Virus record (IMG/VR): IMGVR_UViG_3300045988_168866
Reading direction: 5' to 3' (one strand)
DNA: 64,000 bases
Source of the DNA: a virus
This document shows, piece by piece, positions 9,677 to 17,517 of this stretch. Position 1 is the stretch's first letter, and the number at the start of each line of letters is the position of its first letter. The notes beneath the pieces were generated by a model, which saw nothing but the letters and a program-made list of their open reading frames with translations, was not told the origin of the DNA and did no database searches. The translations under genes and the position numbers were made by a program.

Positions 9677-12211
9677 TTATTGTGGTAAAATAACTGTTTG
9701 ATTTTGAGAATTTTTTCTTATATGATTACATATTGCTTTTCCAAATATATCATCATCTGAATAAGTTTCACCTTCAAGATCTATATCTACTGATGAATTA
9801 TTTCTATTATGTTTACCCATAGCAATAGGTCTACCTGAACTATCATAAATAAAGGTATAAGCTTCCTGAACAAAAAATGGGTCCTTTATTATTAAAGAAT
9901 CTTCTCTAATATCCTTTTCTAAACCCTCAATTATTACTGAACGGTTCTTAGAAGTAGTCAACCATCCTGGAACCAATTCCTGTTCAGGTTTACTTTTACC
10001 CTTCTTTTTAAATAATTTAGAATAGTAGTATAAATTTGGATAGCCTTCATCTTGTAACATTATAGTTACTGCAGCTCCAATATCATTGGTTTCCGGTGCT
10101 ATCTTAGCATAATTGAATTTTTCACCTGTATCACCTAAAAGTTTAGCATATTTATCCAAAGGTATCTTTCCTTTAAATACTGCTACCTCTTCTCCTTGTT
10201 TATTCATACAAGTAAATGATGAATAGTCAGTACCTCTACCAGTTGCACAGTCAGCACCAATAAAATATTCTTCATCTCTTGGATCAGTAAATTCTTTATA
10301 CTGACCATTGAATCTTGATTTGAGTACTGGATAATCAGATAATGTATCTTCTATAGCTTTTATATCTGATAAGTCAAATACTGTATTACCAGAAGAAAGG
10401 AAGTCACCATCAATTTCTTGAGCTGTTCTCTTAGGTCCAAGAGCAGATGACATTTTTTGGTACCATTCATCATCTCTATCAGGATGCATCCTCCAATATA
10501 ACCTTAAAGGATTAAAACCATTTAATCCAGATATAGCATCTACCCATGTTGAGTGGTAGAACCCTCCTGTTCCATATGGAGTATTTTTATTAATAAAATT
10601 ATACTCTTCTTGGTTTTTTCTGTTTTTATTATAGTTATAAGTAATATAGCTATGATGATCTTCTACTGTAATATCATAGATATTAGTTTTAAATTTTCTT
10701 AGAACTTTTAATTTTGAAAGTTTTACTTGATTGCCTCTTTCTCTACTTATGATTTTATTTATATAATTCCTGGAACTCTTTTGTGACATGTTACTAAATA
10801 CAGGATTATTTCTTATAAAATCATTTATACCTTTTTTAGATATTTCACCAGATTCTATGCCTTTTAAAACAACAGCTACTGAATCTAAATCAGTAAAACC
10901 TTTACCAGTTCTAGTACCTAATTTAAGTCCATAAGAATATAAACTAGCTTTTCTAGTATTTTCTTTTCTAGAAATAACTCTTAAATTAGTTACCCAATTA
11001 TGATATGGTACACAATCTATATGATCTATCACTTGATTTTTACCAACTTTAAAATCAGTAAAATGTGATAAAACTAGATCAGCCATTCTAAAATGTTTTG
11101 ATTTACCTTTACCACTATGAAGTATCACTCTTATATAACCACTATCATTTGGTCTAGGATTTTTCTTGTACCACTTACCACCTCTAAGAAATTTTAATTC
11201 ACCTCTATTTGATATTTGATAATTATCATAACCCTTTACAAATTTCCATATTTCTTTTTCTGGCCATTTAATTTTGGGAGGTTCAATTAATTCTGATAAA
11301 CCAGTTTTATACAAAATTACCTGTTCATCTTTTTCGATTATATCTCTTACTGACATAAAACCATTTAGAGTATATAATTTATGGTCAGGAGTACATTTTA
11401 ATGTAGTACCAAATTCAGTTTGGATTTTCCAGGTTTCTAATCTACCTTTATTTACTGCAGCTACAATTCTTTTCCATTCACCTTTATGAGTTAATACTCT
11501 TAGATTACTTACAAATGATAAATCAACTGCTGATTTAGGTTTACTTGGGCATATATTTTTTATTTTTAATAAACCCTTATCAGTAATAATTTTTGTATTA
11601 CCAGAAACACAGCTATTTATGATAGCTGAGCCTCCAGTTGAAACTGTTGGAAAGGCTGCAGCCCAAATAGTAGCTGCCCATCTTACTATAGCTGCCTCAT
11701 CAATTACTAATAAAGAAAGTGATTCTGAACGTCCTGCTTGATCTGATGTTGGGATAGATTCTATTATGGAACCATTTGAGAATTCCATAGTAGAAGCTGA
11801 ACCGTATTCTCCAAATCTACCATTTACTATTGGGGTTTGTAAATACCAGGGTAGATTTTTATACATAAATTTTATCTTCTTCAGGACTTTTTTTGCTACT
11901 GTATCTTTTATGGAAATAATGTTTACTTTTTTATTTGGGTGATACATACATAACCATAAACAATACATAGATATTAATTCAGTTATACCAGCTTGTCTAA
12001 ATTTTAAAATAATATTAAACCTTTCTTTTAAGAACTGATATAATACTGATTTTTGATAAGGATATAAATCAAATTGTACTCTACCCAATACAGGATTTAC
12101 TACATATATGAAATTTGAAAAGTAAAATACATCCTTAGATACTTTAGCTAGAATTCTAATTTCTTCTGAGGTTAATTTTTTATTTTCTTCTTTTAAGATT
12201 CTTCTTGCCAT
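9677..12211 (-). CDS. terL: terminase large subunit, interrupted by an intein
   Basis: Walker A-like 'KFRQAGITE', Walker B 'LLVIDEAA', ATPase motif III split as 'AIINS | intein | TPYGTGG', nuclease-domain acidic motifs 'IGADCATGRGTDYS' and 'IAPETNDIG'; 844 aa, roughly 340 aa longer than usual. Confidence 0.9.
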   Translation of the reverse strand: MARRILKEENKKLTSEEIRILAKVSKDVFYFSNFIYVVNPVLGRVQFDLYPYQKSVLYQFLKERFNIILKFRQAGITELISMYCLWLCMYHPNKKVNIISIKDTVAKKVLKKIKFMYKNLPWYLQTPIVNGRFGEYGSASTMEFSNGSIIESIPTSDQAGRSESLSLLVIDEAAIVRWAATIWAAAFPTVSTGGSAIINSCVSGNTKIITDKGLLKIKNICPSKPKSAVDLSFVSNLRVLTHKGEWKRIVAAVNKGRLETWKIQTEFGTTLKCTPDHKLYTLNGFMSVRDIIEKDEQVILYKTGLSELIEPPKIKWPEKEIWKFVKGYDNYQISNRGELKFLRGGKWYKKNPRPNDSGYIRVILHSGKGKSKHFRMADLVLSHFTDFKVGKNQVIDHIDCVPYHNWVTNLRVISRKENTRKASLYSYGLKLGTRTGKGFTDLDSVAVVLKGIESGEISKKGINDFIRNNPVFSNMSQKSSRNYINKIISRERGNQVKLSKLKVLRKFKTNIYDITVEDHHSYITYNYNKNRKNQEEYNFINKNTPYGTGGFYHSTWVDAISGLNGFNPLRLYWRMHPDRDDEWYQKMSSALGPKRTAQEIDGDFLSSGNTVFDLSDIKAIEDTLSDYPVLKSRFNGQYKEFTDPRDEEYFIGADCATGRGTDYSSFTCMNKQGEEVAVFKGKIPLDKYAKLLGDTGEKFNYAKIAPETNDIGAAVTIMLQDEGYPNLYYYSKLFKKKGKSKPEQELVPGWLTTSKNRSVIIEGLEKDIREDSLIIKDPFFVQEAYTFIYDSSGRPIAMGKHNRNNSSVDIDLEGETYSDDDIFGKAICNHIRKNSQNQTVILPQ
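10583..11611 (-). mobile_element. intein (343 aa, residues C201-N543 of TerL) carrying an HNH/NUMOD4-type homing endonuclease domain
   Basis: Starts 'CVSGNTKIITDKG' (block A, Cys codon at 11609-11611); block B 'TPDH'; endonuclease 'YDNYQISNRGELK' plus 'HIDCVPYHNWVTNLRVISRKENTRKA'; block F 'YDITVEDHHSY'; ends '..FINKN' followed by Thr (+1). Removing it restores 'IINSTPYGTGG', the TerL S-T-P-x-G motif. Confidence 0.85.
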
Positions 12212-12213
12212 AA

Positions 12214-12873
12214 TTAAAACTTATACCGTACCCTTAAAAATAAATCAGAACCAAAATTCTTTTTCTGATTTGGATAATAAAATCCATTTAACCCCAATGT
12301 ATAATTAAATTTATTAGTCTTGTATTCTAATCCTAAATCCAAATCCCATAAATTATTGAATGGTCTTACTGTTAATTCAGTGAAAAAATCAAATTTTTTA
12401 TAAAAAGATACTTTCTTTGAGGTTAATTTGTTATTAACATAATTATATGAATATGAATTCAGATTTATCTTAAACTCCTTTGAATAAACTTCTCCTTTGG
12501 TATTTTGTAAATTTAGTTTTAGATTGTCGTTATCTAGTAACATCTGAAGTAACCTATCAGTTTTAGGATATTGAGTTAAAAACAATGATGAAATATCTAG
12601 ATAAGTTGAATCCTGATAGTATAATCTTAAAGTATCAGTTTTAATTTCAACTTTTGAAATTTTTACTGTATCACTTGGAAGATATTTAGTAACCAAATAT
12701 GGAACTTCTATAAATTTGAATTCAGGTTCAAGTTCAATTGGTTTATTGATAAATACTGTATCAGTTTTTGTTATATCTGATTCATTGTTATGTTTTGATT
12801 TTTTAAAAATCGGGATTACTAAAAATACAATCAATGAAAATACGATACCTAAGAAGAAACTTTTGAAATTCAT
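12214..12873 (-). CDS. membrane-anchored protein with beta-rich C-terminal domain
   Basis: N-terminal hydrophobic segment 'FFLGIVFSLIVFLVIPIF'; alternating beta-like C-terminal half ending '..LFLRVRYKF' (terminal aromatic, as in outer-membrane barrels). Confidence 0.35.
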   Translation of the reverse strand: MNFKSFFLGIVFSLIVFLVIPIFKKSKHNNESDITKTDTVFINKPIELEPEFKFIEVPYLVTKYLPSDTVKISKVEIKTDTLRLYYQDSTYLDISSLFLTQYPKTDRLLQMLLDNDNLKLNLQNTKGEVYSKEFKINLNSYSYNYVNNKLTSKKVSFYKKFDFFTELTVRPFNNLWDLDLGLEYKTNKFNYTLGLNGFYYPNQKKNFGSDLFLRVRYKF

Positions 12874-13073
12874 ATTACCAGTTTTTTGAGTTTACTTCTT
12901 CTTTTACTAGATAAATCTCTTTTGGGTAACTTAACTTTCAAAACATATTGAAAATTGGTCTCATAAAATTCAGATATGGGTTTACAAGAACTAACTGTAC
13001 TGAATACTTCATTTAATTCTTCTGGTGAAGTTAAGCATTTTGTATTTTTTCTAAAATTCCTTGTCATAAACAT
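12870..13073 (-). CDS. hypothetical protein
   Basis: 67-aa basic ORF, first gene of the minus-strand morphogenesis operon, 4-nt overlap with the next ORF. Confidence 0.35.
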   Translation of the reverse strand: MFMTRNFRKNTKCLTSPEELNEVFSTVSSCKPISEFYETNFQYVLKVKLPKRDLSSKRRSKLKKLVI

Positions 13074-13171
13074 TTGGTTTTTTTTGGTGATTCAAGATAC
13101 AATAGTTTAAACTAGAATTATAAGGCTTATGAATTTTTATATTCTCTTTTGTTTTTAACTCCTTATTACCT

Positions 13172-13230
13172 TCTAAACTAAAAATAGGTAAATTTGAATA
13201 TAACTTATTTACCTTTTTAGAAGGTATAAG
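13172..13230. repeat. imperfect long hairpin in the divergent control region
   Basis: 'cttattaccttctaaa' (13172-13187) pairs with 'tttagaaggtataag' (13216-13230), plus inner 'taggtaaat'/'atttacct' pairing. Confidence 0.55.
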
Positions 13231-13278
13231 TTATATTTATTGACACGGTATTGATTTATTTTTTTATTGCGTGCATAT

Positions 13279-13309
13279 AAATAGAATACTCTATTAGAGT
13301 ATTCTATTT
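13279..13309. promoter_or_regulatory. perfect 14-bp-arm palindrome (candidate operator)
   Basis: 'aaatagaatactct att agagtattctattt' in the 430-nt divergent intergenic region. Confidence 0.5.
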
Positions 13310-13503
13310 AATTATATCCTTTATTATAATTAAAAATTAATAATAAATGCGTATATATGTGAAGGAAACTCAATACTGTTGATTTTTTACTGAAAAATCA
13401 TATGTTTTTTACTATCTAGTGAATATTTTTTATAAAATACACCTTTGATTTGGTAAATACTATCATTCCATATAAAAATTTAACTCAAAAAATTATTTAG
13501 GAT

Positions 13504-13815
13504 ATGAAATTAAACGAAGGAGATGCTGTTTTAGTTACTGGTTATGCTTTTTTTGAAAAAGCATTGATTGAAAAAGCTGAAAAAGGTCAGTATATATTGA
13601 GTAATGGCTTTAAAATTGACAAGAATTTTAATGTTATAGGTAGTAATAAGTTCATTGTTAAGCCATTTATAGAAGAAGAATATCAATTTTTAGTAGCAAA
13701 ATCTGCAATTCCTAAACTTTTAGATGAATTTAGTAAGAAATATACATCACTTTCAAAGGAAAAAACTATCAAAATATATAAAAAGTTGAATATTTTGAGT
13801 AAAAAACACCTTTAA
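13504..13815 (+). CDS. hypothetical protein
   Basis: 103-aa ORF, first gene of the + strand island. Confidence 0.5.
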   Translation: MKLNEGDAVLVTGYAFFEKALIEKAEKGQYILSNGFKIDKNFNVIGSNKFIVKPFIEEEYQFLVAKSAIPKLLDEFSKKYTSLSKEKTIKIYKKLNILSKKHL

Positions 13816-13829
13816 GAATTTAAAAAATT

Positions 13830-14033
13830 ATGTTTATCAGGACATTATTATTATTCCACATAATTGGTAGATGGATTATATCACCTTTCATGAAAAATTC
13901 AAGTAATATCCTTGCTTATCATAGGGTTATGAAAGAAGAATATGGTAAAGAATATACTGGTAGATTAGGAAAATTTATATTTACATTTGCTTTATTAACA
14001 TTAATAATAACATTATGTGCCCTATACTTATAA
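13830..14033 (+). CDS. small membrane protein
   Basis: 67 aa with two hydrophobic segments (LLLFHIIGRWIISPF; FIFTFALLTLIITLCALYL). Confidence 0.45.
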   Translation: MFIRTLLLFHIIGRWIISPFMKNSSNILAYHRVMKEEYGKEYTGRLGKFIFTFALLTLIITLCALYL

Positions 14034-14227
14034 TATTATATGTGATTGGTTTATTATTCACATGGTTTGTAGACCAAACCATAATGGATACTAAAATAAT
14101 TAATACCTATTCATGGAAACATATATCAGTATTAACCATAATATGGTTATTATCACCAATATTCATCATGGGTTTGTTATTTTTGGGTATAAAATTCTTA
14201 GTTTCCAGAATTTTTAGAAAAATATAA
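14015..14227 (+). CDS. small membrane protein
   Basis: 70 aa with two hydrophobic segments (ILIILYVIGLLFTWFV; VLTIIWLLSPIFIMGLLFLGIKFLV). Confidence 0.45.
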   Translation: MCPILIILYVIGLLFTWFVDQTIMDTKIINTYSWKHISVLTIIWLLSPIFIMGLLFLGIKFLVSRIFRKI

Positions 14228-14237
14228 CCCAAAATAC

Positions 14238-14259
14238 TATTATAATTTGTCAAATTATA
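14238..14259. promoter_or_regulatory. palindrome sharing an 18-mer with the 52986-53018 palindrome
   Basis: 'attataatttgtcaaatt' (14238-14255) is identical to 52987-53004; the local palindrome is 'tataatttg t caaattata'. Confidence 0.5.
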
Positions 14260-14300
14260 GGTTAGTGATTTTATAATAAGTACGTTTATTTATGTCGCTA

Positions 14301-14383
14301 AAAATATATATGAGATAATGTTACAACTTTTCTAAACCATACTTTTTATATCCAATGACACCACTAAATCTCATATATATTTT
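14301..14383 (+). repeat. perfect 16-bp inverted repeat with 51-nt spacer (candidate structured RNA)
   Basis: 'aaaatatatatgagat' (14301-14316) and 'atctcatatatatttt' (14368-14383), immediately followed by a terminator. Confidence 0.6.
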
Positions 14384-14387
14384 ATGG

Positions 14388-14424
14388 CTTCCAGTCTTTG
14401 GGAAAAGGTTGGAAGTTTTTTTTT
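14388..14424 (+). terminator. intrinsic terminator
   Basis: 'cttccagtcttt gggа aaaggttggaag'-type 12-bp stem (two G-U pairs) followed by T9 (14416-14424). Confidence 0.75.
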
Positions 14425-14478
14425 GTGTTAAAAACACAAATGACAGTAGAATCATCAATAAGATTATAAAAAATCATT

Positions 14479-14802
14479 ATGAAAAGAACAGATTATTTAT
14501 ATTTGGAATGTATAGAATATCCTAAGGGTATAAATATAGATTTAAAAGAGAATAACATAGTATTTTGTTTAAATAAACAAGGGATTTATAATGTTATAAA
14601 TGTAAAAGTTACTAGAAAATACCCCATATTAGGAATTTTTAATAATTATGGATACCAATGTTTAGAATTTAATTCACCAAAAGCAAATCTTAGTTATTCA
14701 TTATTACAAACCATAGTAAATAAACTCAATGATTTAATGCATTTATATAGAGCTGGTATCATAAAGGGTAATTTAAAAATAAACCTTTTCAAAATTTTTT
14801 AA
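14479..14802 (+). CDS. hypothetical protein
   Basis: 107-aa ORF in the + strand island. Confidence 0.45.
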   Translation: MKRTDYLYLECIEYPKGINIDLKENNIVFCLNKQGIYNVINVKVTRKYPILGIFNNYGYQCLEFNSPKANLSYSLLQTIVNKLNDLMHLYRAGIIKGNLKINLFKIF

Positions 14803-14865
14803 TTAAAATCCCTTGAGGTTACTATTCTTTTAAGTTATTATAATAACTTAAAATTTTTTAGGCCT

Positions 14866-15384
14866 ATGAACACAATTTTTTATGCTCAAAACAGAAAAGG
14901 TAATATCCCAATAAAAGGGATAGACCAGCTAAAAATTGAATTAGTATTTGAAAATGCTGGTAATTTACAGAACAATGTTAATGTTACCATGTTGGGAACC
15001 ATTAATTCAGAAATGTATAATATAGCTAATACATTTAGACCTGGTAGAAATTACTATGAAACAAATCAGGAAATTGAACCAATAGAATATACAACTAGCA
15101 GTAATATTGATTTTACTGTTAAGGTTACTGGATGTTTAAATACTGATGGTGAATCTGGAACTCAACCAAATAAATATAATTTACTTATCCAGGGTTTTAA
15201 AGATAGCACTTTAACTAATCCATTTAATATATATACTGGTGATGGTGATTTGGTTTATATGGATGAAGGTGGAATAACACCTGGTATGTATTTCCCAACA
15301 GAAGGTGTAACTGGTAGTAAAACTTTATCAGAAGAAGATTTAAAAATTATTGTTTGTCACATAGATATTTTAATACAAAATTAA
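14866..15384 (+). CDS. hypothetical protein
   Basis: 172-aa ORF, Asn/Thr/Gly-rich. Confidence 0.5.
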   Translation: MNTIFYAQNRKGNIPIKGIDQLKIELVFENAGNLQNNVNVTMLGTINSEMYNIANTFRPGRNYYETNQEIEPIEYTTSSNIDFTVKVTGCLNTDGESGTQPNKYNLLIQGFKDSTLTNPFNIYTGDGDLVYMDEGGITPGMYFPTEGVTGSKTLSEEDLKIIVCHIDILIQN

Positions 15385-15386
15385 TT

Positions 15387-16367
15387 ATGAGCACTAGATT
15401 TTTTAGTCAACAACAAGCAGCATCAAGCTTAGAAAAATATGAAATAAATATTACAAACGTAATATTTAAAACTGATGCATATAACGAAAAATTTCAACAA
15501 TCTGGTAACTTATCATTCAACTTTATACCAAATACTAATAAGGATACTGACCAGATTCAGATGAGTATGCAACTTAATCAGAATACTAATCAAACTTCAG
15601 CCATGTCAGGAGTAGTAAAAACTTACACTGATAAGCAGAATATGAAGGTACAACTGAATACTGGTAATATAACTCTTCAAACTTCAGATGATAGTTATAT
15701 GTATTTTATTACTTCATATATAAGAAAAATATATGCAAAAAATTCTCAGAATGACCCAAATAATAGTACATACTTGGTTGATACCAAAACTGTGAATGTA
15801 CAAGAAAATGTTTATTCTATAAATGAAGAATATGAATTTTCAGGTGAAATCTTACAGGGTAGACCTGTAATAGTAGTAGAATATTCTATTGTAACTTCAT
15901 GTTTTATGAATACTGTTGAATGTTTAATCTCAACTAATAGTATCGGTATAAATAATACATCACCTGCTAACTATAATTTAACGGCTTCTATACGTAAAAA
16001 TGGTTCAACAGCTTCTGATGGTAATTTCAATAGACCATATATTCAATTTACCAAAGAAGATGGAGATTCTCACTCAGAACAATGGGGAATCACCTATGAT
16101 GATTCTCTGATTAATAGAGGTAATCTTGTTATACCAAGTTTTAGGATGATATCTTCACAAGTAGTTTATAGAGCAGATAATAATCAACCATTTAGTAGTA
16201 CCTATTGTATACTTTACTCAGTAGATTCAAATGGTGGTTATACTAAACTTGAAGATTGGCATATTTCAACTACGGTTTTAGCAGGTAGTGATGCTTGGGT
16301 AGAATCAAATGTAAGTATACCACAAACATGTTGTAAATTATTGTTGGATATAGAATTAATACCTTAA
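15387..16367 (+). CDS. hypothetical protein
   Basis: ORF track starts at 15354. The ATG at 15387 lies 2 nt after the upstream stop (15382-15384) and is the more likely start (MSTRFFSQ..). Confidence 0.5.
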   Translation: MSTRFFSQQQAASSLEKYEINITNVIFKTDAYNEKFQQSGNLSFNFIPNTNKDTDQIQMSMQLNQNTNQTSAMSGVVKTYTDKQNMKVQLNTGNITLQTSDDSYMYFITSYIRKIYAKNSQNDPNNSTYLVDTKTVNVQENVYSINEEYEFSGEILQGRPVIVVEYSIVTSCFMNTVECLISTNSIGINNTSPANYNLTASIRKNGSTASDGNFNRPYIQFTKEDGDSHSEQWGITYDDSLINRGNLVIPSFRMISSQVVYRADNNQPFSSTYCILYSVDSNGGYTKLEDWHISTTVLAGSDAWVESNVSIPQTCCKLLLDIELIP

Positions 16368-16371
16368 TATT

Positions 16372-16575
16372 ATGATTGAGATAGTTAAATTAAATAGGAA
16401 TTCTAAGTTTATAAAGATTAAATTCAATTCAGTAGAAGAAAGTAGAATATTTGGAGTAAATAAACCTTATATTTTAACCTATAATAATGATATTCCAGTA
16501 AAGAATTATATTAATATAATAAAAATTGTTATATTAGAAGATTCCTATTTTCTAGAATTCACTATAATAAATTAA
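16372..16575 (+). CDS. hypothetical protein
   Basis: 67-aa ORF followed by an intrinsic terminator. Confidence 0.4.
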   Translation: MIEIVKLNRNSKFIKIKFNSVEESRIFGVNKPYILTYNNDIPVKNYINIIKIVILEDSYFLEFTIIN

Positions 16576-16610
16576 ATTTCTTCTTTTATCCAGTTTATAT
16601 ATTTATTTTT

Positions 16611-16650
16611 AATAACTAGGATTCAACTATAGGTCCTAGTTATTTTTTTT
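16611..16650 (+). terminator. intrinsic terminator
   Basis: Stem 'aataactagg'/'cctagttatt' followed by T8. Confidence 0.75.
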
Positions 16651-16714
16651 GTTTTCACCAAACTGACTTCCTGATATCATATATAGATATGAATTAATAA
16701 AAAAACTTAATCTT

Positions 16715-16981
16715 ATGAACCAATCATTTTTAAAATTATCACCAGGGACAAGAATAAAAATAAAAAGTCCCATTTCTAGTAATGTAATTTTAGGCATTAT
16801 AGAAGATTTCTGTACTGACAACTCTAATACTTTTGTTAAATTAAGTAAGGCAGTATTAGTAGATTTATCCAATAAAGTAACCAATTATTGGGTATCAGAA
16901 AATGCCCTTATAGATATTGGTAGTATAGCAATTTCATCACCAAATACTGAAGAATTATCCCTATTAGAAAAGAAAATATGA
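16715..16981 (+). CDS. hypothetical protein
   Basis: 88-aa ORF co-directional with neighbours; preferred over the overlapping antisense ORF 16636-16884. Confidence 0.45.
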   Translation: MNQSFLKLSPGTRIKIKSPISSNVILGIIEDFCTDNSNTFVKLSKAVLVDLSNKVTNYWVSENALIDIGSIAISSPNTEELSLLEKKI

Positions 16982-16997
16982 CTAAAGAATAACCATC

Positions 16998-17225
16998 ATG
17001 AAAGTAGAAATAGTAAAAGACAACAACCCTTCCAAGCCTTCATTATACACTAATAATGATAATACGATTATTATTTTAGCTATAAATATACCGAATTCAA
17101 GTAATATGGCTGGTACAGTATGTTATTCAAAGGATGATGAATACGAAATTGGCTTTTATGATATCGATTGGGATAAAAATTCTTTTCACCTTTTTAATGG
17201 TAAGGTAATATTATCAAACGAATAA
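16998..17225 (+). CDS. hypothetical protein (paralog of 17237-17494)
   Basis: 75 aa; shares the pattern '..IIILA...GTV..S.....IG.Y...W.K..F......I.L.N' with the next ORF. Confidence 0.45.
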   Translation: MKVEIVKDNNPSKPSLYTNNDNTIIILAINIPNSSNMAGTVCYSKDDEYEIGFYDIDWDKNSFHLFNGKVILSNE

Positions 17226-17236
17226 AATATCAGAAA

Positions 17237-17494
17237 ATGATACAAGTAAAAATAAACCCAGAAATTTTAAATGAAGAAGTACAACCCTATGATGTACCAA
17301 TATTAGTTCATAGCCCATATTATGCTATAATTGTTTTAGCATCAACTGATTGTGGTGATTCTTTTAAAGGTACTGTAATATCTTCAACTAATCCAGAATG
17401 TCCAATAGGTAAATATTATGAACATTGGGAGAAATCAAATTTTTATATTATTAATGATGAAATAATATTAAAAAATGGACAGAAAGAAATTTAA
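17237..17494 (+). CDS. hypothetical protein (paralog of 16998-17225)
   Basis: 85 aa; tandem duplicate pattern (see previous entry). Confidence 0.45.
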   Translation: MIQVKINPEILNEEVQPYDVPILVHSPYYAIIVLASTDCGDSFKGTVISSTNPECPIGKYYEHWEKSNFYIINDEIILKNGQKEI

Positions 17495-17517
17495 AGGAAT
17501 TAAATAAAACCATATTC

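Noticed and set aside
16636-16884. 82-aa minus-strand ORF overlapping 16715-16981
   Set aside because: The + strand ORF is co-directional with the island and follows the terminator at 16611-16650. The minus ORF would run into that terminator from the wrong side.
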